From: Candidatus Bathyarchaeia archaeon
Lineage (GTDB): Archaea > Thermoproteota > Bathyarchaeia > Bathyarchaeales > Bathycorpusculaceae
Length of the DNA stretch: 33,423 nucleotides
Assembly (NCBI GenBank): GCA_038883795.1
Contig: JAVZLK010000016.1
Coordinates: 1-33,423, forward strand
Reading direction: 5' to 3'
The position numbers were made by a program, and so were the translations under genes. Shown in pieces: positions 17,469 to 26,461 of this stretch. Position 1 is the first letter of the stretch; each line of letters begins with the position of its first letter. The notes under the pieces are model-generated. The model saw nothing but the letters and a program-made list of their open reading frames with translations. It had not been told where the DNA came from and searched no databases.

Positions 17469-18488
17469 TTACCACTCTGGTGCAAGTAACACCTTAATAG
17501 CTTTCTTTTCACGAAGTATTTCAAATCCTTTTATTGCTTCCTTAAGTGGAAGAACACTTGTTATTAATGGCTTCGCGTTTATGGCACGGTTGGCTATTAA
17601 GGATAATGCTCGTTGCCATGTTTGGTACGAGTGTGTAAAACTTGCTTTTATGCTGATTTCGCGGTCTATAAGTGATGTAAAGTTGAAAATGCTAGCGCTT
17701 GAATATACACCAACTAAAATAACTTCACCCCCGCTTTTTACCATTTCGACAGCCTTTGAAATTACTGTATGATCTCCAGATACCTCAAAAACGACATCTA
17801 CGCGCCCACCAACTTGTTTTAACGCCTTTCGAAAGTTTTCATCTTCTGGATGATATGCATTTAATCCTAAGCTTCTTGCAATATCTAGTCTAAATTGTGA
17901 ACGTTGAAGCCCAATTGTTGTGACGCCCGAAGCTTTTAATACCTGCATTAAGAGGATGCCTATTGGACCAACACCAATGACTATGGCTGAGTCGCCAGGT
18001 TTTATTTGGGAGATTTCTATCGCATGAAGAGCTACCCCTAAAGGTTCACAGAGTACCGCCTCTTCAAAGGTAATGCTTTCAGGGACTCTAAATATTCCTC
18101 CAACATTTTCAGGGATTAAAACATACTCTGCAAATCCGCCGTTTAAGTGGAATCCCATATGCTTAGCGTTCTCGCATAATTGTAGCTTACCTGTTTTACA
18201 TGGAACACATTTTCCACAAACAACATAGGGAGTGCAAATTATTCGATCTCCTTCTTGAAAATCTTTAACGTCTTTTCCACATTCAGCGATAACCCCTGTA
18301 AACTCGTGACCCAAAACTATTGGTAATGGAAGGCCCCAGTCACGTGTCCACTCGTATATATGAACATCAGTACCGCAGATACCTGCAGCTTTAACCTTTA
18401 AAAGTATTTGTTTTGGATTTGGTGAGGGGGTCTCTATATCCATCAATTCTACGCCGGGCTCTTTCTTAGTTTTAACTACTGCTTTCAT
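17469..18488 (-). CDS. Zn-dependent medium-chain dehydrogenase/reductase (threonine/sorbitol dehydrogenase-like)
   Basis: GICGTDVH, GHEFTG, structural Zn site CGKCVPC..C, EPLG and GVGPIG. Confidence 0.92.
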   Translation of the reverse strand: MKAVVKTKKEPGVELMDIETPSPNPKQILLKVKAAGICGTDVHIYEWTRDWGLPLPIVLGHEFTGVIAECGKDVKDFQEGDRIICTPYVVCGKCVPCKTGKLQLCENAKHMGFHLNGGFAEYVLIPENVGGIFRVPESITFEEAVLCEPLGVALHAIEISQIKPGDSAIVIGVGPIGILLMQVLKASGVTTIGLQRSQFRLDIARSLGLNAYHPEDENFRKALKQVGGRVDVVFEVSGDHTVISKAVEMVKSGGEVILVGVYSSASIFNFTSLIDREISIKASFTHSYQTWQRALSLIANRAINAKPLITSVLPLKEAIKGFEILREKKAIKVLLAPEW

Positions 18489-18571
18489 ACTTGGCCACCT
18501 TTTATCGATTATTAATATTGCTCTAGGGATTACAGAAATAAAATTGTTGTGATATTTAATATTCTAAATTT

Positions 18572-20536
18572 TTAGATTGAAATAGCTGCGGCGTATGCTG
18601 TTCGCATTGCTTTCTGAATGTTGCCTCGTGGAAGAACACAATCTCCGACTGCACGACACAAAATACCAACTTTGTAATATTCCAAGATAGCCTTTACCCT
18701 CGGTTTTACGCCAGTGGCGACAACCACTGTGCCCGCCTTTATTTCATGTTCAAAGCCATTTTTATCAACATAAACCACACTGCCTTTAGAGATACCCGTT
18801 ACGTGTGCATTTAAAATATATTTGAGGTTTTTTTGATGCAACACGGTGTCAATGAACATGCTGAAATAATGAATACGTGTCATTGTAGAAGCTAATTCAC
18901 TTTGCTTTTCCAGTACAACAACGTTATGTCCTTTCTGTGCCAAATGTAGGCCTGTTTCTGCACCAGCTATTCCTCCGCCAATTATCACGACATCGTCCGC
19001 AATTTTATTCTCTCTTCCATAAACATCGGTAACGTACATCACATTTTCGCTATCTATGCCTGGAATTGATGGAATACTTGGCTCGGCACCAATAGCCACT
19101 ACGGCAGCGTCAAAGCCTTCTTTTTCAATCATTTTTGGGGTTGCCTCGGTCTCCAAGCAGATATTTACCTTAGATTTTTGGATTTTGCGAGTCAGATATT
19201 TTTTAAATTCTTTAATGGGCCATTTGAATTGAACATAATCAGCTAGTTTTAATAACCCGCCTAAAGAATCGCTTTTCTCGAACAATGTAACCTCGTGTCC
19301 TCTTTCGGCAGCTACTAATGCAGCTTCAATACCCGCTGGTCCACCTCCAATTACAGCAACTCTCTTTTTCATTGTGGCTGGTTTAACTAATCTATCAAGT
19401 AAATGCTCCATACCCCAAGTCGGATTGACTGAACAAACACTTACCCAAGGATCAGCTGGGCTGCTTACATGGCATTTATTGCATCTAATACATGGAACTA
19501 TGTCTTCTTCCCGTCCATCGTAAACTTTAGTGCCGAAGTCAGGATTAGCAATCCATGCTCTTCCCATATCAATTAAATCTGCTTTTCCCTCCGCAATAGC
19601 ATTTTCACAGAGATATGGGTCAGTAAAACCTGAAGTTGCGACAACCGCAATCTTAGCACCACTTTTCTTGACCGCTTCCGCCATCCACAAGCATGGTGTT
19701 GGGTCAGATATATATCCGCTGGGATGAGTGAGGTCTACAAAGTTTGTGCGCGGTTGCAGCATATCTATGCAACCCTCCGCTATTTTGGCGAGATTTATAG
19801 TGTCCTCGATGGTCCAACCTCCCGGCTTAGGATCATGGCCAGTTATATGAACTTCGATAAGAAAATCTCTTCCACATTCTCTTTTTACACGATTACAAAG
19901 GTTCAGAAGGAAGCGTGCCCTATTTTCTAAAGTTCCGCCGTATTTGTCAGTCCTTTTATTAGTAAGAGGTGATAAGAATCTGGCTAGGAGATTTAATTTA
20001 TATGATGCATGAAAAAGCACACCGTCAAAACCACATTGCTGAAATATCTTACATACCTTAACTGTTTCATCAATAAGCTCTTCCAATTTATATTCGGGTA
20101 TTTCTCTGCCATTCCCCATTTCTATTCCTGTTCCCAAACCTTCAGGAGGAACCCCAGTACTAACGTCGTATCCTTCCGGTACGCGCACCGTCATATGTGA
20201 CAAAGCAATAGCACCGTAAAAGTGAATAGCTTCAGTCAGCTGACTTATGTAATGTAATGCTTTGCAATCTGAAATATCCCAATCAGACATATGATCATCG
20301 GGCCGCTTGGGTAATGGTTCATTAGGACTAAAGAACATGCTTCCAAGAACTGTAACTCCCGCGGCACCGTGTTTAGCTAAACTAGCGTAAAATCGTATCA
20401 TCTGCTCAGTGGGCCAATGTTCTGGTCCCTGTATGAAATGAGGACGCATTGGTGTTGTAATCATTCTATTTCTTAGAACAACATTTCCTATAACAAAAGG
20501 TGAAAGCAAGTTCGCAAACTTTCTATTCAAGATCAA
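18572..20536 (-). CDS. NADH:flavin oxidoreductase, OYE/enoate reductase class (FMN barrel, 4Fe-4S, FAD domain); Fcr/BaiCD/daidzein-reductase-like architecture
   Basis: LRNRMI, FLSPLTNKRTDKYGGTLENRARF, CIRCNKC-x12-CSVNP, VAVIGGGPAG and IIGGGIAG. Start is TTG 20536 or TTG 20530 after GAGGTG. Confidence 0.9.
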   Translation of the reverse strand: MILNRKFANLLSPFVIGNVVLRNRMITTPMRPHFIQGPEHWPTEQMIRFYASLAKHGAAGVTVLGSMFFSPNEPLPKRPDDHMSDWDISDCKALHYISQLTEAIHFYGAIALSHMTVRVPEGYDVSTGVPPEGLGTGIEMGNGREIPEYKLEELIDETVKVCKIFQQCGFDGVLFHASYKLNLLARFLSPLTNKRTDKYGGTLENRARFLLNLCNRVKRECGRDFLIEVHITGHDPKPGGWTIEDTINLAKIAEGCIDMLQPRTNFVDLTHPSGYISDPTPCLWMAEAVKKSGAKIAVVATSGFTDPYLCENAIAEGKADLIDMGRAWIANPDFGTKVYDGREEDIVPCIRCNKCHVSSPADPWVSVCSVNPTWGMEHLLDRLVKPATMKKRVAVIGGGPAGIEAALVAAERGHEVTLFEKSDSLGGLLKLADYVQFKWPIKEFKKYLTRKIQKSKVNICLETEATPKMIEKEGFDAAVVAIGAEPSIPSIPGIDSENVMYVTDVYGRENKIADDVVIIGGGIAGAETGLHLAQKGHNVVVLEKQSELASTMTRIHYFSMFIDTVLHQKNLKYILNAHVTGISKGSVVYVDKNGFEHEIKAGTVVVATGVKPRVKAILEYYKVGILCRAVGDCVLPRGNIQKAMRTAYAAAISI

Positions 20537-20566
20537 AGCACCTCTGTTTGTGGAAGACTGAATCAG

Positions 20567-20580
20567 CTTAATAAAACTTT
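20567..20580 (-). promoter_or_regulatory. Putative BRE/TATA element upstream of the OYE gene
   Basis: The minus strand reads AAAGTTTTATTAAG about 30-45 nt upstream of the start. Confidence 0.35.
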
Positions 20581-20654
20581 ACTTTATAAACTAATGAAAA
20601 GAATTTTGCGCTTTGAAAGTTTGTTCTTTAGTTAAAAAGATGTTTATTGAGTTT

Positions 20655-21404
20655 TTAAATTGCCCATGAAGGACTTAAATTGCCCAGCCAGTCATCATCT
20701 GGTTGCTCTAAGATAAATGCGCTTACAAAATCTACCCCTGGCTTAAGGAACGGATATTTGTTATATTTTGCTCCCGGAAGCGGAGTATAATCGGGTGGTG
20801 ACTCAATAATTGATTTCCGCCATCCTTCATAATTTTCGTACCATAGTTCGGATACGCGTACCCAAGGAGATGGCTCTATTGAGCCCCAATGTCCAGGTAA
20901 ATTCTCTAATTTAATAGTGCGGTAGCTGAAGAAACGAATGAGATTAAGTTGTTTCATTGTTTCTTTAGCATGAATGTTGAGATACCACTTTTCCCCCTCT
21001 TCCAACGGTACCCCCTCGGGATATTTAAAGAAAATTATCCATCGTAATACTGTTTTTTCTTCAGGATAAAATTTGCCACCACCAAAGAAGTCCTCAGTAG
21101 GTTGCCAAGGCGTGCAGCACCACTCAATTCTTTTAGTTAAGTTAGGAGGCGGAGTGAATAGCAATGTGCCATATGGCTTTGGGAAGTCTAGCCACCAACC
21201 TTCTGTGAGCCTATAGCTGAGGTAACCAATTTGTTCAGCTTCCGGTGGCGGAGGAACCACCTTGTAACTGACAAGACGAGTAAGCCAAGGACCGAAGCGC
21301 CGACAAATCTCCGGGCCGTGAAACCGTTTATACCACCGCTCAAAAGCCGGCAATTCATTAATACTTGGAAGGCCCCATAAGACTAGACTTCTAAATTGTA
21401 CCAA
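20655..21404 (-). CDS. Bacterial-type chalcone isomerase homolog (Eubacterium ramulus CHI-like; duplicated ferredoxin-like/EthD-like alpha+beta fold)
   Basis: RSL..RW.K.FH.PE, PPPP...GY..YRLTE.WW, YPEGV..EEGEKW, ELWYEN..GW and YPFLKP occur in the order I recall for E. ramulus CHI. His29 sits at the position of the catalytic His. Recognised from memory, not from a search. Confidence 0.75.
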   Translation of the reverse strand: MVQFRSLVLWGLPSINELPAFERWYKRFHGPEICRRFGPWLTRLVSYKVVPPPPEAEQIGYLSYRLTEGWWLDFPKPYGTLLFTPPPNLTKRIEWCCTPWQPTEDFFGGGKFYPEEKTVLRWIIFFKYPEGVPLEEGEKWYLNIHAKETMKQLNLIRFFSYRTIKLENLPGHWGSIEPSPWVRVSELWYENYEGWRKSIIESPPDYTPLPGAKYNKYPFLKPGVDFVSAFILEQPDDDWLGNLSPSWAI

Positions 21405-21569
21405 ACCATTTCCCTCGCTTTATCCCATGTTAATTAGGCAAATAAAAAACTTACTCACCTATCGCCTGTCATTTGGCATGTTCACCAGAAAAAACCTCAA
21501 TTAACATGAAAAGTTGTTTCAGCAACGTCGCAGCGTAGAACTTGGACACGTGAAAATCCCAAACTTTCT

Positions 21570-21582
21570 AAAAGTTTAAAAA
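21570..21582 (+). promoter_or_regulatory. Putative BRE/TATA promoter of ABC operon 2
   Basis: AAAAGTTTAAAAA about 40-50 nt upstream of ATG 21620. Confidence 0.4.
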
Positions 21583-21619
21583 TTAGAAACAAAAACAATA
21601 TAGCATAGTGGTGATTAAC

Positions 21620-22960
21620 ATGAATGTTTCAAAGGTGGCCATTACAAAACTACAAGCGATAATTATAGTGGTACTAGTTGTTGTTGCAATTATAGGAGCT
21701 ATTGCATACTTTCTTATACTTCAATCCTCTACTCAGTCGGCTGAAATTACGGAACTAAGACTTGGTACGGTTCTTCCATTAAGTGGGATGCAAGCATTGC
21801 CCGGCACTCGCGGCTTGGTAGGCATGCAGATAGCTGTAGACTGGCTTAACGATAAGGGCGGGATAGACTGGCACGGCCGAAAAATACCGGTGAATTTAAT
21901 ATACTACGATGATGAGGGGAAGGACGAATACACTTCAAAACTTACCGAAAAATTGATTCTTGAAGACAAAGTACATGCAATTTGTGTACATGGTATGAAC
22001 GGCAGAGTTGTTGTTCCAATAGCTGAAAAGCACAAGATTATCACAGCAGGCGGTACTTCAGGTCCTTGGGAAGCCCATCAAGGTTATAAATACTATTTCA
22101 TCGCTTGTGGTCAAGGCGATCCTTTCATTGAGACTCTAACACTTATCCGTGAAAAAGATCCTACTGTTAGAAAAATTGCATGGGTAATAGGTGCTGGAAT
22201 GGATCCAACCGGGATATACAAAGAACAGCTAGAGGATTTCACTAAGCAACATAATTTTGAGTTGGTTTGCTATATAGAGGTTCCAATGGATATTACTGAC
22301 GCAGCACCTGTACTTGCGCAGATGGCAGGTTATGAACCAGACATAATGGCCTTCTACGTAGGGCCGCCTATTGGTTTTTTGGCTTCTGGTCAACTTAGAG
22401 ACGTAAGAGTTTGGGCTAAATACATACTTGTCCTTGGTGGTGCGTGCGATCCAATGTTTGGTCAAAACTTCAATAAATGGGCTGTTGGCATAATATCTCA
22501 AGTGCCATATGATGATAACCTCAAATTTGAAGAAATTGCGGCAAAAGCAGGAAAAGAGTTCGTGGGCCCGACAACTAAAGAGATTAACGAAGCTTGGAAA
22601 GCGAAAAAATCTGCAAATGATCCTGCAAGGACACCAGAAGACGTTGGGCGCCCGGCTATGGTTCCGATAATACTGGCGGAGCTTATCGAAAGGGCCCAAA
22701 GTCTAGATCCAGATAAAATTGCAGAAGTTGCCAAAAACGTTGACTTTTACACAGCGTGTGGAAGGTACAAGCTTGATCCAAATAACTTCTATATCAATGT
22801 TGGACAACCCACATGGCCTGCAGTAGTACAGTGGCAGAAAAAAGACAATGCTCTAAAATTAGAACTAATAGCTCCAAAGGAATGCGCTACGTCCGAGATA
22901 ACCTCCATGCCTACATGGGAAGAAAAAGAAACATGGCCAGAGCTAACATTTTCTCCTTAA
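21620..22960 (+). CDS. ABC transporter substrate-binding protein, LivK/PBP1 type; paralog of 1725-3053
   Basis: KVAITK plus hydrophobic helix; LRLGTVLPLSG, LNDKGG and YYDDEG; shares AQSLDPD, QWQKKDN and MPTWEEK..WPELT with the first SBP. ATG 21620 follows GGTGA (track start GTG 21608). Confidence 0.88.
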   Translation: MNVSKVAITKLQAIIIVVLVVVAIIGAIAYFLILQSSTQSAEITELRLGTVLPLSGMQALPGTRGLVGMQIAVDWLNDKGGIDWHGRKIPVNLIYYDDEGKDEYTSKLTEKLILEDKVHAICVHGMNGRVVVPIAEKHKIITAGGTSGPWEAHQGYKYYFIACGQGDPFIETLTLIREKDPTVRKIAWVIGAGMDPTGIYKEQLEDFTKQHNFELVCYIEVPMDITDAAPVLAQMAGYEPDIMAFYVGPPIGFLASGQLRDVRVWAKYILVLGGACDPMFGQNFNKWAVGIISQVPYDDNLKFEEIAAKAGKEFVGPTTKEINEAWKAKKSANDPARTPEDVGRPAMVPIILAELIERAQSLDPDKIAEVAKNVDFYTACGRYKLDPNNFYINVGQPTWPAVVQWQKKDNALKLELIAPKECATSEITSMPTWEEKETWPELTFSP

Positions 22961-22999
22961 ATTATTTATTTTTATTATATTTTTTTATTTTTAATTATT
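22961..22999 (+). terminator. T-rich tract after binding-protein gene (possible leaky terminator)
   Basis: ATTATTTATTTTTATTATATTTTTTTATTTTTAATTATT directly after the stop codon. Confidence 0.45.
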
Positions 23000-23024
23000 G
23001 AGGGGGTGAAGATACCTGTACGAA

Positions 23025-23894
23025 TTGCTTCTGCAGCAATTAATTTTTGGAATCATGATAGCTGCCCTTTATGGTTTAGCCAGCATGGGCTTCAGTCTGG
23101 TGGCAGGTATTATGCGTATTATAAATTTTGCGCATCCCGATCTATTGTCACTGGGGGCATACACTGCCTATTGGCTTTGGGTATTTATAGGATTCGATCC
23201 AATTAGGGGCCTTCCAGTTTCTATTGTATTGGGCTTAATTGCAGGATTACTTTTATTTAATTTAATTAAAAAAAGCATTTCACCTGATGTCCTTTTGCTT
23301 ATAACCTTTAGTGTTGGAATAATTCTTGAAGAAGGTATGAGGCTTGTTTGGAGCCCGAATTATCGTGGCATTTCGTGGTCCTTGGGAGTCATTGCATTTT
23401 CCGCGATAAGTGTTCCGGTTACTTACCTTGTTGGGTTTATAGTGAACATAACTATTATTGGGTGTTTATATCTCATACTTTATAAAACCTATTTTGGAAG
23501 AGCCCTTAGAGCGGTCTCAATAGATCCAGAAGCGGCTGCCCTTTGCGGCGTGGATGTTACTTCTATACGGCGTAACGGTTTTGCGTTAAGTAGTATTTTG
23601 GCTTTTGTTGGCGGCTCCCTTCTACTTATATATTTGCCAGTCGGTATAAATCCATATTATGGTCAAACTTTCTTGGCAAAAAGTATCATTATAGTTACTT
23701 TAGGCGGTATTGCAAATCCATGGGGGGCTCTAATAGGCGGCGTGGTTGTAGGAGTTTTTGATCAAATGGTGCCTCTACTCTTACGAGGAATACCTTTTGT
23801 TAAAGAACCTTTCAGTTTTGCTCCATTTCTATACTTTGTTATATTTTTATGCATTTTAGCTATAAGACCTCAAGGAATATTAGGGAGACGTTAA
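23025..23894 (+). CDS. livH: ABC transporter permease, LivH type
   Basis: YGLASMGFSLV.GIMRIINFAH, TYFGRALRAVSIDPEAAALCGV and LGGIANPWGALIGG; TTG start. Confidence 0.9.
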   Translation: MLLQQLIFGIMIAALYGLASMGFSLVAGIMRIINFAHPDLLSLGAYTAYWLWVFIGFDPIRGLPVSIVLGLIAGLLLFNLIKKSISPDVLLLITFSVGIILEEGMRLVWSPNYRGISWSLGVIAFSAISVPVTYLVGFIVNITIIGCLYLILYKTYFGRALRAVSIDPEAAALCGVDVTSIRRNGFALSSILAFVGGSLLLIYLPVGINPYYGQTFLAKSIIIVTLGGIANPWGALIGGVVVGVFDQMVPLLLRGIPFVKEPFSFAPFLYFVIFLCILAIRPQGILGRR

Positions 23895-23898
23895 AGAT

Positions 23899-24837
23899 AT
23901 GACTATGAAAATAAACCCGTCGTTTTGTGCGTCACTATGTGCTTATGCTATATTATTCATTTACTCTTTGACCTCTGGAGTTGCCAAAGAATTAACTTAC
24001 AGTATCCTGTTGACATTAATAAATGCGCAAGCTTTCAATTTAGCTTTAGGTTATTCTGGGTTAATAAATTTAGGTCAAGCAGGCTTTCTGGGTATAGGGT
24101 CATATGCTTTCTACGCGGTTATAAGCCTTCTACCTATAAATCCTTATATAGCAGTAGTGTTAAGCAGTTTTATCACGTTAGCCATAGCCGTTTCAATAGG
24201 ATATTTCTTGGCAAGATTTCGTGGTTTTCTCTTCGTTTTCGGTACAATGATACTTGCTGCTGGTGTACCCTACCTTATAATGGGACTGGATATACTGGGG
24301 GGCGCCGAGGGAATATTAACATATAAAGATTTGGGCCCATTTTACGATTTTGACATCATACTGGCCATTCTGTTCCTAACATCTCTCTTGACAACGATTC
24401 TAACTTTTATAATTGTAAAGTCAAGATTAGGCTATTCATTGAAGGCAATACGAGATGATGAAGACGCGGCGGCTACTAGTGGTGTTAATGTACTTAGATC
24501 TAAACTGATAGTCTTTGCTATAAGTGCATTTGCTTTAGGAGTTGCGGGCGGTCTTAGGCTTTTTAAAGTAAATTACCTATCTCCCTCAACCGCCTTTTCT
24601 ATGGCCTTTACTATTGAAGCGTTAGTTGTAATACTAACGGGTGGACCTGGATCGTTAATTGGGCCTTTTATTGGCACACTTTTATATCAGATCCTTAAGG
24701 ACATATTGATGAGGACTGTTCCTGGTTTACAATTACTTGTATTTGGAGTGATAGTTGTTATAATGGGATTATCTACTCCAGAAGGCATCGCAGGGTTATT
24801 AAAAAGAATTAAAAGCTTGCGAGACGTAGAAGTTTAG
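23899..24837 (+). CDS. livM: ABC transporter permease, LivM type
   Basis: FNLALGYSGLINLGQAGFLGIGSY, SRLGYSLKAIRDDEDAA..SGVN and GGPGSLIGPFIG. Confidence 0.9.
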   Translation: MTMKINPSFCASLCAYAILFIYSLTSGVAKELTYSILLTLINAQAFNLALGYSGLINLGQAGFLGIGSYAFYAVISLLPINPYIAVVLSSFITLAIAVSIGYFLARFRGFLFVFGTMILAAGVPYLIMGLDILGGAEGILTYKDLGPFYDFDIILAILFLTSLLTTILTFIIVKSRLGYSLKAIRDDEDAAATSGVNVLRSKLIVFAISAFALGVAGGLRLFKVNYLSPSTAFSMAFTIEALVVILTGGPGSLIGPFIGTLLYQILKDILMRTVPGLQLLVFGVIVVIMGLSTPEGIAGLLKRIKSLRDVEV

Positions 24838-24846
24838 GTGAATACG

Positions 24847-25608
24847 ATGACCATCTTACTTGAAATTAAGGACGTAATTAAAAGATTTGGTGGCATAGTA
24901 GCTTTAAATAATGTTTCGTTGTGCGTAAATGAAAAAGAAATAGTAGGTTTGATTGGACCTAATGGTTCAGGAAAAACAACACTAATTAATGTAATTAGCG
25001 GGCTGTATAAGCCTGACTCTGGCAAGATAATCTTTAAAGGCGTGGATATTAGCAAAATCCCTGCTTATTTAAGATGTCGCATGGGAATTTCAAGAACCTA
25101 TCAAATAACCCGTCTATTTGGTAGACTGACCGCGCTTGAAAATGTTGTAGTAAGTGTACTTAACAGCGAACGCCATGGTAAAATTTCAGTAGCACAGGCC
25201 AAACATGTAGCCAATGATATACTTATGACTTTAGGGTTGGAAAAAATAAAAAACACATACGCAAAATTGTTAACTGCGCCGCAAAGAAGATTGCTAGAAA
25301 TCGCTAGGGCAGTGGGTGGAAACCCTGAACTCCTATTACTTGATGAATGTGTTACCGGACTAACCCCTTCAGAAACTCTTGAGGTTCTTGATGCTATCAA
25401 AAAAATTAGTCGGGAAAGAGAAATTTCTATAATCATGGTTGAGCATGTAATGCATGCGGTAATGAGCGTATCCGATAGAGTGATTGTCCTTCATGAGGGA
25501 AAAAAGATAGCTGAAGGCTCACCAAAGGAAATAGCAGAAAGTGAAAAAGTTGCTGAAGTATATTTTGGGGATCGCGAAATAGCATTAGGCTTTTTGAGGG
25601 AGATGTAA
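24847..25608 (+). CDS. livG: ABC transporter ATP-binding protein, LivG type
   Basis: KRFGGIVAL, GPNGSGKTT, GISRTYQ, LLLLDE and VEH. ATG 24847 follows AGGTGA (track start GTG 24838). Confidence 0.92.
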   Translation: MTILLEIKDVIKRFGGIVALNNVSLCVNEKEIVGLIGPNGSGKTTLINVISGLYKPDSGKIIFKGVDISKIPAYLRCRMGISRTYQITRLFGRLTALENVVVSVLNSERHGKISVAQAKHVANDILMTLGLEKIKNTYAKLLTAPQRRLLEIARAVGGNPELLLLDECVTGLTPSETLEVLDAIKKISREREISIIMVEHVMHAVMSVSDRVIVLHEGKKIAEGSPKEIAESEKVAEVYFGDREIALGFLREM

Positions 25609-25612
25609 GACC

Positions 25613-26335
25613 TTGCCAGAAGAAATTTTACTGGAGGCTAAAGAAATAGAAGGAGGATACGGAGATTTTAAAGTCCTCCACGGCCTTAGCTTTTGCGTTA
25701 AAAAAGGGAGTATAACATGTATTCTTGGTCCAAATGGTTCTGGGAAATCAACTATATTAAAAACAATAATCGGTGCGTTAACACCATGGAGTGGAACAAT
25801 TTTATGTGAAGGTGTTAACATAACTAATCTACCAGTCCACAAAAGAGTGAAAATGGGTATAGCATTAGTCCCGGAAGGAAGAAGAATTTTTGGTGACATG
25901 ACAGTAATTGAAAATTTAGAGATGGGTGCTTACTTAAAAGAAGCGCGAGTAAAATTTAATGAGATGTTGGAACGCGTTTTTTCTCTGTTTCCAGTCCTGA
26001 AAGAAAGAAAAGAGCAAAGGGCGTCATGCCTAAGTGGTGGTGAACAACAAATGTTGGCCATCGCGAGGGGTTTGTTAACTAACCCTAAATTGCTCATGAT
26101 CGATGAACCAAGCTTAGGATTATCCCCTAAATTAGCGCAAAACCTTATGAAAATGCTCGGTAAGCTTCGAGATGAAGAGGGACTAACAATTCTTCTAGTT
26201 GAGCAAAATATTTCTTTAACAAGGGAGATAATGGACTATGGCTATGTTTTAAGCGGTGGATTCATGATTGCAGAGGGGCAATTTAAAGATTTAGTTGGTA
26301 ATCACGAAGTCAAAAGAGCATATTTAGGACTGTAA
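25613..26335 (+). CDS. livF: ABC transporter ATP-binding protein, LivF type
   Basis: GPNGSGKST, VPEGRRIF, LSGGEQQMLAIARGL, DEPSLGL and LLVEQN. Confidence 0.93.
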   Translation: MPEEILLEAKEIEGGYGDFKVLHGLSFCVKKGSITCILGPNGSGKSTILKTIIGALTPWSGTILCEGVNITNLPVHKRVKMGIALVPEGRRIFGDMTVIENLEMGAYLKEARVKFNEMLERVFSLFPVLKERKEQRASCLSGGEQQMLAIARGLLTNPKLLMIDEPSLGLSPKLAQNLMKMLGKLRDEEGLTILLVEQNISLTREIMDYGYVLSGGFMIAEGQFKDLVGNHEVKRAYLGL

Positions 26336-26461
26336 AGTTCAAGTGTTTTTCATTTATAGTTTGCTGTTAAAATCTCCGAAATAGTGCTTGTTATTTACTC
26401 AAACGAGATTAGAAATTTTTTTATATCTTAAAATGTTTAATGAGGCACCGAGTGTGAATTT

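Noticed and set aside
17469-18488. Assigning tdh (threonine dehydrogenase)
   Set aside because: The N-terminus is TDH-like, but no kbl gene is nearby and MDR specificity cannot be determined by eye.
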